Shown here in pieces: positions 28,770-41,670 of a stretch of 64,000 nt of DNA. The notes under the pieces are model-generated. The model had not been told where the DNA came from, did not search any database, and saw nothing but the letters and a program-made list of their open reading frames with translations. The DNA is from Antedon mediterranea (lineage: Eukaryota > Animalia > Echinodermata): assembly GCF_964355755.1 (NCBI RefSeq), contig NC_092680.1, forward strand, positions 2,480,001 to 2,544,000, read 5' to 3'. Numbering within the stretch: the first letter of the stretch is position 1; every line of letters starts with the position of its first letter. The translations under genes and the position numbers were made by a program.

Positions 28770-28900
28770 CCTGTAACTCAACTCGACAAAGCGTTGACAA
28801 CCACAATCAAAGATTAAAGCGCACATGGCGTTCCATACAAATGACGATATGAAATTGGCGGCCGCTTTGGTTGGCGGCCGCTTCGACCATACTACTCCCA
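28770..28900 (-). promoter_or_regulatory. Candidate promoter / non-coding first exon of the RCC1-repeat gene
   Basis: A local GC/CpG patch with two GGCGGCCGC sites and a YY1-like CATGGCG, followed on the minus strand by a donor-like CAG|GTAAA near 28771. The assignment is inference. Confidence 0.4.
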
Positions 28901-29493
28901 AGAAACATACCAGACAAATCACAGTGCAGACTAGCCTATTTTATATCAAATCAAAGCCCAGCAGCCTGCTGAGCAGGGAACCACACTGTTGTAACTTAAC
29001 CATAAAAACTTCTAAAAAAACATTTATATACAAATAACTTATATTAACTATGAGTACAACAGTATGTTTATAATCACGTATTCAAATGTCTAGCAATCAA
29101 CAGCTAATTTCTACAAATTTACCTATTACAGTACAATTCTTTAAACTCTGCAAACTTTTTGCTTGTTGTCACCATACCAATATGAAAAGGTCAATGATTC
29201 TTAATTGGAAATCCAGACGCAATCACCAAATCGAAATGCTTATTATGTATTTAAAATGTTGTAATTATGTTTTGTTTGCTAGTAAACAAGAATTACTTAT
29301 ATATTGTAACCTAGTATTTAACTTAAATTTTTTATGTTTACCTTATTTAAAAAAAGACAGTTTTAAAAGTTTGTTTTTCTAAATAAAGTAGCTGGATAGA
29401 GACTACCAAAAATTAAAGGTCATGCATAATCAAAACAAACTTATTCGAGGTATATATTCAGAGCGTCATTCTGACGACTGGAGCATTCTTTAC

Positions 29494-32193
29494 TTCTCTA
29501 CGGAGCGTCATTTATGCCTTTATTAACGTTAATAATATAAATAGTACTACGGTAACTGCTCAAGTGGACCCAATTTAGCACCAGGGTAGCACAGTGATAT
29601 AAAATAGAAATAAGTCACTACTTTCAATATCTTTTCGTATGTTAATACACTGTGCTCAAGTGGACCTAATTTGAAGTCGCTTAAATGTTTAAGAGGCATC
29701 TGAAGGCAAATTTACGTTGCGTTGCGACTTAGAACTTATCTTTTTGGAAAGAATTCGGCGCATTATAAATATGAATTGAATTGAATATCTTTTCGTATGT
29801 TAATACACTGTGCTCAAGTGGACACAATTTGGCACCAGTGGAGCACAGTGATATAAAATATAAATAATTCACTGAATGTTAATATCTTTTCGTATTTAAA
29901 ACATGGAGAAAAAATACTTCTGGAAATACTTCAAAAATATTTCAAACTTGCTATATATGTTAAATATCGGTTACTCCATCCGTAATGCAAAAGAAAAATT
30001 AGTTTCAAGCCATATCAGTGATTTTAATAACTTGCGTTTGTCTAAGATAAATACTTATTTAGTGTCCCTGGGAAGTGCAAATATTCATTGAAATATGAAA
30101 TTAAATATTAAGTCTCCAGTACTAGCCCACCACCATGGAGCTAATAATGAAAATAGAGCCCATAATTGCACTTGTACTTATTACTATACATAGTCACCTA
30201 TGATAATTGTGATAATGTTAACATTTCAACTATCCAGATGCTACTTAAAAAATTTAGGTGGGGTTTTCTACTCTAAAATTTCGACTTCATATATGCCTAA
30301 GGCCTATCCCGAAATTGGTCTAGAAATCGGCATCTTTGCAAATGTTCTATATTTTATCTTATTTCACTCTTCATTAACCCATACATAAACCATCGGAGAC
30401 AAACTATCTGTTTAAAACATGTTTATTCTGGGATGATTCTGGCCAAACACACCAACTACCATAAACGTTTATTCATAACATATTACAATACAATATCTTT
30501 ATCGTTACCAATGTAGCAACATTGATTAACAAAATCACAATTTAACAGTATGGCGTGTTGACCGCGAATGACTAACAATAGCATCTTTCCCACTACACCT
30601 GCACGTGACCATTGCATAACAACGCACGGCATACCAAACCGTTTGGTACACCTGCGATGAAAATAATAAATTCAATTTCTTTTAAAATTGAGGGCGGCAA
30701 ACATAAAATCGAATCGAAATCGAATACAGGTTGAAAAAAAATATTTTAAAAAAAGATGTTAAATGTGCTCTCCCTGCCTCAGCCTTTTGGGGTCGTTTCC
30801 AGCACATCACCAGATGCATTGATGTTGTCGCCTCATGATGTGTGGTGGAAAGGGAGACGTATGATCTGTGAACCCCAAACATAGTGGCTCGCATAGCCTT
30901 AACTCTATTCCACCGACCAGCATGGGAATCGCACCCACGACATACGTGTTGTCAACACGACGCTCAGGCGACTGAGCTAACTGGCGATTTTGGGTTTAAC
31001 AAGGTTAATAGGATATTTATGACGTAATGATGAATTACGTAATACACGTATAAATAGACTATTTATCAGCCTTTGTGGCCGGACGGGTAATGCTCAGGTT
31101 TGGATGCTCTCAGCTCTAGTAGATTGGGTTCGAACCTCTACGGATATTTGGGGGGGGGGGGGGGGGAATTGAAAATAAATATTGTTTTTCTTGGATTTTG
31201 AAAGAGAGATATTTTAAGGGTTGTAAACTTCAGGCCTAAACAAGTGGAACTTTTTTTTCAATCAAAAACAAAGTTGCATGGCATTATTTTTCATTAAATA
31301 GACTGCCATAAAACCTCGAAAAGAAGCCCATGTGCTCCTTCATTTTTAGTACTCTTGGGTGGGCTTCTTTTCCACATGGAGTTCTTTTCGAGATTACTTT
31401 TGCAAACTCAGAGAAGAGCTGCTTGTTCCCGCCCGGAAAATGTTTTATTTACATGATTTGAATGAACAATTTTCTAATGTAAAGATTAACAACACCAAAT
31501 TTAACAGTGTGGCGTGTTTACCGCGAATCTTCCCCCATAATACACCTACACAAACTCATAATTTGTATAACAACGCACGGCATGCCAAACTGTTTAGCTG
31601 CAAGGTCCCCGGAAATGACATCTATCTTCAGTACCCTACCATGTTTGGGGCTGAGTGAAGACAATTTTTGAATAAAAGAGCTGCATAGGTTCCCGCCCGA
31701 AAAAAATGGCACTTTACATGATTTGAAATTATATGAAAAAAAGTATATAAGAAAGTGCACCTATTCATTAAAATATGAAATTAAATATTAAGTCTCCAGT
31801 ACTAACCCACCGTTGGGGGCAGAGCTATAATAATGAAAATAGAGCCCAGAATTGCACTTGTACTTATTACTATACATAATCACCTATGATAATTATGATA
31901 GTGTTAAAATTTCAACCATCCAAATTTTAGCTGGGGTTTTCTACTTTAAACTTCGTATATGTTTAAGGCCTAGCCCGGCGGCGGAATTATATTCCTGCTC
32001 CACTCCTGGTGCCAAATTTGGTCCACTTGAGCACAGTGTATTAATATAGGAAAATATATTTAATTTAGTGATTTATTTTCTATTCTACATCACTGTTCTC
32101 GACCGGTGCCAACTGTGATCCACTTGAGCAGTTACCGTAGTACTATTTCTATTTCGGAAGTAAATAAAGGCATAAATGGCGCTCCGTAGAGAA
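29494..32193. mobile_element. 2.7-kb non-coding element with long (~180-bp) inverted termini and nested repeats
   Basis: 29494-29673 (TTCTCTACGGAGCGTCATTTATGCCTTTATT...GGTAACTGCTCAAGTGGA...) is the imperfect reverse complement of 32013-32193. An internal direct duplication pairs 30084-30305 with 31764-31972. Confidence 0.75.
30539..31250. mobile_element. ~720-bp interspersed repeat containing two divergent tRNA-like segments
   Basis: Aligns along its length with 46388-47121 (same orientation) and partly with 62370-62650 (inverted) and 31498-31600. Confidence 0.8.
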
Positions 32194-32831
32194 AATTAAA
32201 TAATACAGGTACCTCCTTATTCGCAAAAAAACATTTATATATAGCGCCCCCTGTTATTCAATTAGTAAAAAATGAAACGGTTCAATAATTTTCAGCACAA
32301 CAAACAATTTGAGATTTCATTTGATTGTCATTCGCATTGTGAATATTCAACAAAGGTAAAGTATTAAATTATTTTTATTAATTTAGTATAAGTTTCCACA
32401 TTAAGCCTATTATTATAGTAGCAGATTAAGCTATTTTCGAAACAGCATACATTTATAAGCTCAGTCAGTCAGAGTCTTGCTAGAGAGTATCACAAGGGAC
32501 TTAATTAAGAAAACTTCAGGAAGTTGTTGCTATAATACTGCACAGCAGATAGTGCGATCAGTTGAAGAACAGCTTCTGCTGAAATCATGCAACGTGTCTG
32601 GAAAGTTTCTTTGTCAAGGTTTTGTTTTAGTGTTAGCCAAAGTATATAGGTGGTTTTGTTCTCATATTTTTGTGCAGAAAAAGCACTGTGGGCATAGATG
32701 ACGCAACATTTGAGAGAAATAAATGAAATTTGATTTATATATTTTTAATTAATTGTAACTATTGTGATAATTTTATATTATATTTTTTTGTTATTTTTTA
32801 GCTGAATAACAGATTCTCCAAAAAGAAGAGG

Positions 32832-35800
32832 ATGATGCAAAAAACCTTATTATCTTGTCTTTTTGTTCTATCATGGTTTGAGCATCTGCCCTTGTCTTTT
32901 GCTAAGAAGACCATATTCGCAACGCTTGGGGAACCATGGCCAATGCCGCTGCAACGCAGTCTGTCAAGCATCACGTTCAAATTGTCTCCTGAAACATTTG
33001 GGTAACCAAAGCTCTGTCTACACTATCAAACTAGTTTGACAAAAAAGTGTGATGTGCCCAAATTTGGTAGTAATATGACATCATCATGTATATATATGAG
33101 CACATCACATTTTTTTGTCACAAAGTTTGATAGTGTAGACAGAGCTTTAAACAACACAGCATCTGGCAGAATTTGAATCAAATTAAATTTTTGTTTATTT
33201 TTTCAGCAGTATACTAAAAAGTACAGTATGTACTAAAAGAAAAGTACAATATAAGTACTGTACTATATTTTTTACGGAATTGAATAAACAAAAACAAACT
33301 ACAATTATTAAGATCCAAATGTTATTTTTAAGTATGATGATGATTTTTATTCATTTTATTTTTCATTACAGCTTTAACCACGATCGTAATAACTGTGACA
33401 TATTACAAGAGGCCTTTCAACGCTACTATAACATCATTTTTTACGGGACGATTGAAACGCCCTCACAAGAAGTTCTTCAAAACTATCAATTGAGAGGAGA
33501 AGGGGATAAACAACAAATTAATACACTGATGGTAACCATGACGAATTGCCCTGATTATCCAAGTAATACTTCTAATGAAGAATGTAAGAAAACTAAATGT
33601 GAAATACTTTTTTTATTGATTCAGATTTATCAAACAAACTTAGCACAAATATTATCTAAACTTTGATTTTGTCGGTTTTCCAAATAACTTAAGCAAATAC
33701 TTTTCTTGAATCTTGACAAAGTCCGATATAAAAAAAGAACTAGTTTGATAAATAAAATCTAAAGCTCTGAATAAAATAAAATCTAAAGTTCTGTCTTCAC
33801 TATCAAACTTTATGTGACAGAAAATGTTGTGTGACCATAAATGGACATGATGATGTCATATCACTACCAAGTTTTGTTAAACTAGTTTGATAGTGTAGAA
33901 AGAGCTCTAGAGTTAAGGTTTAGCTTGGTGGTAAATTGCTTGTGTAACAATCCTAGAATACTGGGTTCAAATCCTGTCAGATGTCTCCAATCCAAAAGAA
34001 TTTACAGTGATAAGGCTTTGTTTATGTAGAGCATCTTGTATATAAATCCAAAGGCAAATTACCAATGGTATCAGTGGCTGGATCTCAATGAAGATAAAAA
34101 AAAAAAAAGCGAAAAGCTAAATCAAAACGATAAAGTAAAACAGTCAGAAAAGTTAGCAGAGCATCTTGTATATATATATATTGTGTATATGTTTGTCTAA
34201 AGAAAATGTTGAAAAGGATAGATGAATGGAATCAGTAATATTCCTAAATTTAGATTTCTTTTTTTATAGCAAATATATTGATTAATAATTCCTTTTTTTA
34301 CATTCTAATGATATTGATATAATTGTTTTCAGATATGTTAACAGTACAGGAAGACACTTCACACCTGGAAGCAGAATCTATATGGGGAGTTTTACGAGGT
34401 ACAGTATATTCTATGTTGCCATTATACGTTATACAGTATTTGTGAATTTTTTATTTTATCCAAAATCACACCCAACAGTGGGACCCTGCCAGATGGACAC
34501 ATTAAATTAAACAGTAAATATTTGTTGTAAATACATTTATAAAAAATACTACTGTATAATTATTTGTTTGCAAATAGAATTCACAAATTTTACAATATGT
34601 TTGCATTATCTTGCCGATCAAATAATTATAATGATTAAAGACCAAATTAATTTATGTCTATTTAAACATGTATATATTCTGATTAGTAATATGTTAATAT
34701 TCATATTTTAATTTTATTGAATTAAATCATTTGTTTATATGTGGACAGTAACAGCTGTTGACTATGATTTTAGTTTATTGTGTGCAAAACCTGTTTAACT
34801 TAATGAATGTTACTGTCAATCTCAATTTATACTTTTTATTTCTTCAAATGATTTTAGGTCTAGAAACATTTAGTCAATTGATTTACATAGCAGAAGATGG
34901 AAGGGTAAGTATTATGTTGTAATATGTATCAATATCTAAAAGAAAAGAAAAATTACGAATTAATAGATGCTTACTATGTAACTTTACAACAAAAAACAAG
35001 ATGATCGACGTTTATGAATGAAATATTTATTATATAATATATTAATCCAAAGGCAAATTACTGACAAGATGGCAATGCTGTGGGTATCAGTGGCTGGATA
35101 TTAATGGAGATACAAAAAAAATAAGCAAAAAGCTAAAAACAAAGTAAAATAGCCAGCCAGCCAGTAACACTAGCCCTTCATCAATAATATATTAATATAT
35201 AAATTATAATATGAAATGAATCTTAATAAAGTATAATTAAGTAAATTTTAAAGTAATTTTGACAGAATGGTTAGATCAGACAGTTTAGCGTGGTGCCAGG
35301 TTATGGTGCGTTTGTGTTTTTAAATTATTTTTTTTCATTTTTTCTTCGCAGCAAACTATCAATAAAACCAATATAGTTGACAGGCCAAGGTTTCCTTACC
35401 GTGGCTTGCTGCTTGACACGTCCAGACACTTCATTGAAGTATCAACATTACTAAAGAACCTTGTAAGTAGAGAATTATTTATTTGAATATTGCAGTTTTT
35501 AAACAAAAAAAAACTAAATCTAGTCACATCCTGAAGATGATGGACATACTGTGCTGTATAAGTCTTTAAGAACAGACAATGACTTATATTGCCTATATAT
35601 CGGGGGGCTCTCAACACGCAGTCTGGAGGAAAAAGGAAATAACTGTGAGTGCATTTCATATGTAAAAAAGGTTTTCCTTAAAACTTATGAGCTTCTGTGC
35701 CAAAGGCTCTAAGCCTTCATTCATGATTCCATATTCTCTACGCATGTGTATAAGCTGATCCTTGCGATTCATGCGAACACATTTGACCCCACCCGCTGTA

Positions 35801-38800
35801 AATTATTTCTAAATTACTATTGGGCCAACACAAGAAAACTTTGAGAACGCCTTTCTGTCATTCAAATACTAAAATACAGGAATAACAAATTATTTGGTTT
35901 AACCAATAGATTATTTAATTCTTTCTTTAGGATGCTATGGCATATAGCAAGTTAAATGTGTTACATTTCCACCTTGTAGACAACCCTTCTTTTCCATATC
36001 AAAGCCATACGTTTCCTGAACTTAGCTCACAGGTAAGTAAATACAGTGCAGTAGTACCCCATTTGGGCGGAATCAAACATAGTATAGCAACTTTGGCAAC
36101 ACTAACACAATATCTAGTAGAAAAAAAACAAGTTATATAATTCTATTTACTATTATTTTATTTAGATGTAATTTTAGGCCAGAATTGAGTTTACTTCATA
36201 CAATAGGGTTAATAGCAATAAGCTATACTGAAAAGAACTTATGAGAAGCTGAAGGCTAGATACCATAGGAACTTCAATAGAATGAAATGCCAGACTGTTT
36301 AAATCAGGTATATGCCAGTTTGAAGCTCAGTCATGCACTAATAACAGGATTTTGAAAGGGTGAAATGAAGGGCTTAATTTGTCCTATCTTTTATACTATT
36401 GTTGATTTTATTTGTAGGGAGCATATTCACAAAACCATGTGTATTCTCAAGACGACATTGACCATATTGTAGAGTATGCCAGAATGCGTGGCATACGGGT
36501 CATCCCGGAATTCGACACCCCCGGCCACACTCAATCGTGGATTGCCATACAAGACCTACTGACTCCATGCTACGCAGACGATAAGCCAAATGGCTTATTT
36601 GGCCCAGTTGATCCAAGTGTAGAATCGAATTATGCGTTCTTAAATAAGCTTTATATAGAGATTAAGAGTAAGTTCCCAGATGGCCATATTCATCTAGGAG
36701 GTGATGAAGTCAAGCATGACTGCTGGTAAGTTTGACCTTTCACCTTTAGTATTCTACAACCTGAACCAAAAATTCTTTTACTGCAACATTATAACAATTA
36801 ACCGTTTTAAATACAATTGGTTATTTTTTCACCTCCCTAGGTTAAACATCTGTAAACAAATCATCATTATCTAGCAATACCTTGTAGTGGAGGAGAATTT
36901 AACTTTCTACATATGCACTCCATACGATTTTGCATGTTCACTATATTGATTACTATGCAATGACATTCATTCATTTTTTATGAGAACACTGATGCAATTA
37001 TTTCTTACCAAATTATATTAACACATGTTTCGTAGGCTGTTGCTGCAGGTTCGTATACCACACTGCTTTGCTGCTATTTAACTGTTTATACTGTATTTGT
37101 TATTTATGAAATTAAATTTTTTGACTCAAATTATAGGGAAAGCAATCCTAATATAGTGTCCTTTATGGAATCTCAGGGATATGGCAATAATTATACCAAA
37201 CTTGAAGGATACTATGCTGAAAGGATGACAAGCATTGCCAGTAAGCTTGGCCTAGGCTCCCTGGTGTGGCAGGAAGTAGTTGACAGTGGTGCTAAGGTAT
37301 GGCAGCTGAAAGGTTGACTTCATTTAAAAACACAATAATAATAATAGTTCATTCTTATATAGCACATATAAGCAAGCTCTAAATGCGCTGCACATTATTA
37401 CCCCAGTCATTTTTGGATCAAATACGTATGGAAACATACGCCCATAATGCAGCTAGTAATCAGCGCAACGTTGTGCCTTGATCTAACCGGTACCTACTTT
37501 ATACACCTGGGTGGAGAGAGGCAAATGTAAGTAAAGTTTCTCAGTCTAAAAGAGCTCATCCGCAAATCTTTTTTTTTTTAGGTTCCAAAAGAGACTATTG
37601 CAATTGTTTGGAAAGATGCTGATGGTGGGTATGTAGATGAGTTAGCAAAGGTCACAGCCAAAGGTTATAGGACAATTCTGTCATCGCCATGGTACCTGAA
37701 TCGTGTGAAAGACCCTCATACTGATCCGTGGAAGAAGTATTATAAAGTAGATCCTCAAAATTTCTCAGGTATATGATCAAACAACATTTGTACAATGATC
37801 ACTCAATGTTTCTTTAACGATAATCATCAAAATATAATTCATAGCAGGGAAGAGTTAAATTAGAGTGAAAAAGAGAGTAAAATTCACTCTTTCCTAATCC
37901 ATAGTGTGTTTAAATTTGTGAGTATGTCATTTTATTTTCCATTCCATGCTAACTCACTCCATGGTTCTGGTGGTAGAACGAGTCTTCTCGGATAAGGACT
38001 ATAAACCGTAGGTCCAGTGTACACATCTAGCTCGTGTGCACTTTAAAGAACCTAGTACATCTTTCAAGACGAGTAGGGGGTTACCCCGGTGTATTAGTAC
38101 ATCACAGCCACTGATCACCAACTGGGCCCTCTGGGAGACCAGTCTTTGACTGAAGAGGTTACCCAGTATAAATATAAATTTCAATTCAATTCAATTCCAT
38201 TTCTTATGGACTTGTTTTCTTGTAATTTATATTTCTCTTCTAATATAATGCAATATTTTTTGAAGGTACAAAGAATCAAAAGAATTTAGTCATAGGTGGA
38301 GAGGCCTGCATGTGGGGAGAATATGTGGATAACACAAATGTTATACCTAGAACTTGGTAAGACATTTTTATAAATTCTATAAATGTTTAAATCTTGGAGC
38401 TACAGTATCTCCTTTATAGCTCCATGGTTAAAGTTTTGTGCAGTTACCTTAGCTCCATCACTTTTTTTTTTAGTTCTGTTCTTTATAACATTGGAACTGT
38501 TATCATTTTTCTAGGCCTATGGCAAGTGTGATTGGTGAGAGGCTTTGGAGTGCAAAAAATGTAAGGGATCCTAATGCTGCAGCTTCAAGGCTAGCTGAAC
38601 ATCAATGTAGACTTATAAGGTACAATAAGACATCCATTATTATATACTTCATATATATATATATATACAACTTATCATCATACTATTAGAAATGTTTGTA
38701 TTAGTTATTACTATCAGTGAAAAGTGTTTTGAGGATAAAATATTTAATTTTTTTCAGACGTGGTCTTCAAGCGCAAAGTATCACTGGTCCAGGGTTCTGT

Positions 38801-38824
38801 CCACAAGAATGGCATAATGAATAG
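32832..38824 (+). CDS. HEXA/HEXB-like: Beta-hexosaminidase (GH20), divergent alpha-like paralog, 541 aa, 12 coding exons
   Basis: Exons 32832-33001, 33372-33583, 34333-34398, 34858-34904, 35352-35462, 35931-36032, 36418-36725, 37137-37296, 37582-37768, 38266-38356, 38515-38619, 38758-38824 join in frame (1626 nt). Features: signal-peptide-like N-terminus, [47 protein letters not shown], catalytic [30 protein letters not shown]. Confidence 0.96.
33010..33146. mobile_element. Harbinger-like MITE, family A, 8 nt inside the intron after the first coding exon of the plus-strand Hex gene
   Basis: Both 23-bp TIRs are intact. Confidence 0.88.
33787..33906. mobile_element. Harbinger-like MITE, family A (internally deleted)
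   Basis: Degenerate TIRs at both ends. Confidence 0.8.
37335..37530 (-). mobile_element. 5'-truncated Meta/CORE-like SINE
   Basis: Closely matches 10155-10320 and has an (ATT)n tail on the minus strand. Confidence 0.78.
37953..38197 (+). mobile_element. 5'-truncated Deu/Nin-domain SINE
   Basis: Near-identical to 2530-2769, with a (TTCAA)n tail. Confidence 0.88.
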
Positions 38825-38874
38825 GTTGTTTGTTCAGGATCAAATTAAAAGCTGGTTTTATATACATATTCTAA

Positions 38875-39016
38875 AGCTTTGTCTACACTATCAAACTTGA
38901 TGTGACAAAAAAATGTGATGTGCCCATTTATGGACATGATGGTGTCATATCACTACCATATTTGGACACATTAAATTTTTTTTTCAAACTAGTTTGCTGA
39001 TAGTCTAGACAGAGCT
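38875..39016. mobile_element. Harbinger-like MITE, family A, 50 nt after the plus-strand Hex stop codon
   Basis: Both TIRs are recognisable and the interior matches the family. Confidence 0.82.
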
Positions 39017-39888
39017 TATTACTTTGACTGCCAAACACAGAGATTCTCATCCTCTTAAATTGTATTTAATACAATCATTTTTAATAATGAAAATGTACAA
39101 AATTATGTAACCTTATTCTAGCAGCCCATGTTGAATGGGTGGGCTTATATTCGAATCAGTATTTTTACAGTATTTCTTGCAATTTAACATTTAGTATTTT
39201 ATATTAAAATTTAATCTGTCTTGTTTTTAATTCAACATAATTTTTGGTGCTAACTGTACTTTCACACCTAACTTTTAAAAACATTACCCACTGCCCAGCG
39301 GTGATGGTGAGTGACTAAAGACTTATGCCCAGCGATGAATGGTCACTGGTTTCTTTAATACCTTATTTAAACAAACAGTAGCCCCCATTTATGTGATCTG
39401 AGAGACTAACGTACAATCATGTTTACAAAAAAACATTTTAATACAAATTAAAAAAAATTATTTTAATAATTTGATTACACCTGCAGTACATTTATTATTT
39501 GGAATGTCTATGAAGTGATTATGTGAGCAGGTCTCACAGTATCAGGAGTTTTTTTTTACATAAGGGGCAACCAAATCTAAGAAATTGACCCTCAGGTCAA
39601 CAGAAAACTCTTGATTCTCTATTTCTTTCTTAAAACTTGGTGGCGAAACATGTACAATGGTGACGATCAAACATCTGAACTGTACTGTTGATGTAAAACA
39701 TGCATGGTTGCAATCTTTGTTTACTGCTGATTCTAGAAATTATCCACAACTGAATTCTAAATAATTCTAGTTACTCTCTTTGTTTGCCCTTGCCAAATAA
39801 AATCTGTATCCAATTATAGAGCAGTATAATTAAATCATGGCTGGACATGTGTAATATGCTGATAATGGTTGGTTTCTGGATGACTCTA

Positions 39889-41639
39889 CTATGGACAATA
39901 TCCAGGACCTGTTACTGGCTCAGCTTGTATTCCTCTCCTACAAAAACAACAACATTAATATTACCCTCTGAAATAACACATTGGAGAATATATAGTGCGC
40001 GAATTTATGGCTCTAACAAATGAGAAATTCTATAAACTAAGTTATAGAAAAAAGCAATGAAAAATAGGTTAGTTTCACACAGCTTTCACACTGTCATTAT
40101 CAACCTTAGTATAAAGAGGCTTTAAACTTTCCTACCTAAGCATTCTACACCTGTGCTCAGCCAGCCTACTTGTTGCTGCAGGTACATCATTGACACTTTT
40201 TGAGCTCCACAGTCTTTCTCCAACAGCACTGGCCCTAGGCCTACAAAAGCATGAACATACAAACTGGTTAATTTTTAGAATAACTTTTACATAGTATTTC
40301 CTATTGTTATGGGTTTTGTATTAGGATTAGATTAGGGATTTTCAGTCCACAGTTTTAAAGATTTTCATCTGCAAAACCCAAGAAGCTTAACATATGCATA
40401 TCCTACGACATATCCTATAACTTACCAGAGCCGTTGAATAAGGTTGACAGAGTCTACATATTCGCCCCACATGCAAGCCTCTCCACCTATTACAAGAGCT
40501 TTCTGTTCGGCAGTACCTGATAAAAGAAATTAAATATCATCAACTTTTATTATAAATTTATGTTTATGAAAACAAAAAAACAGGAAACAAGACATAAAAA
40601 AAACATAAGGAGTGGAAATGAATGGAATGACAAACAAAAATTAACCTAAACATTAATATTAGACTTATGTTATGCTGGGAGGGCGATTTGCGATAGCTCT
40701 TGAATGTTACCTGTAAAGTCCTGTGGTTCAATTATATAATAAGTCTTCCAGTCTTGGTTATAAGGGTTAGACACATAATTCAAATACCAAGGGGATGACA
40801 GAATTGTTCTGTACCCTTGTTTTGTGACTTTTGACATCTCTTGAACATAGCCACCTTTCCAGACTTCTACAACTGTATCATTTCTGACCTACAGTATAGA
40901 GTGATTTAATTTTGAGAAGATTCAATAAATTTAATTCACATTAAATATTTAATCAACATTCTTAAGCTCTGTCCACACTATCAAACCAGTTTGACATAAA
41001 AAGTGTAATGTGCCCAAAAATGGTAGTGATATGCCAAAATTGGTAGTGATATGTCAAAATATGGACACATCACATTTTTTTTTTGTCACATAAAAAGAGT
41101 ACAAACCTCCGCCTACTGTAAAATTCCCCTCAATAAAATGTCCCCGGAAAATATATATATTTTTTAAAAATTGTTTTTTTATTAGTTCTAAGTGTAAATA
41201 GGTAGTCTGGGTTCCAGACGGAGTTTTGTCTTAATATTAGTAAAAAGATAAATATTTTGGCACATATGGCCTTTCATATGTATACTACTTGATTTTGGAT
41301 CCCGTTTTGGATACAAAAATCGAAATTTAAAAACAAATAAATTTAAAAAAAGACAACGAATACAGTCTTGGGGCAAGTCTAGTAAATAGGCTAACTGCAC
41401 ACTAAAGTTGTGGATGAGAGTTTGGTGTAATGGTTATGTTTCCAGCCTCTCACTGTTGAGATCGCTGGTTTAAGTCCCGCTGAGGTTTTTTTAAATTATT
41501 TTTTTATTCTTTTTTTTTTGTGGACCTTGATCTTTGACCCTGACCCTTTAAAATGTAACCACAATTATATGATGGGCATAGATCCTTGTGGCCAAATTTG
41601 GTGAGATTCGGATAAAAACTGTGGCCTCCAGACAGACAG

Positions 41640-41670
<31 letters not shown>

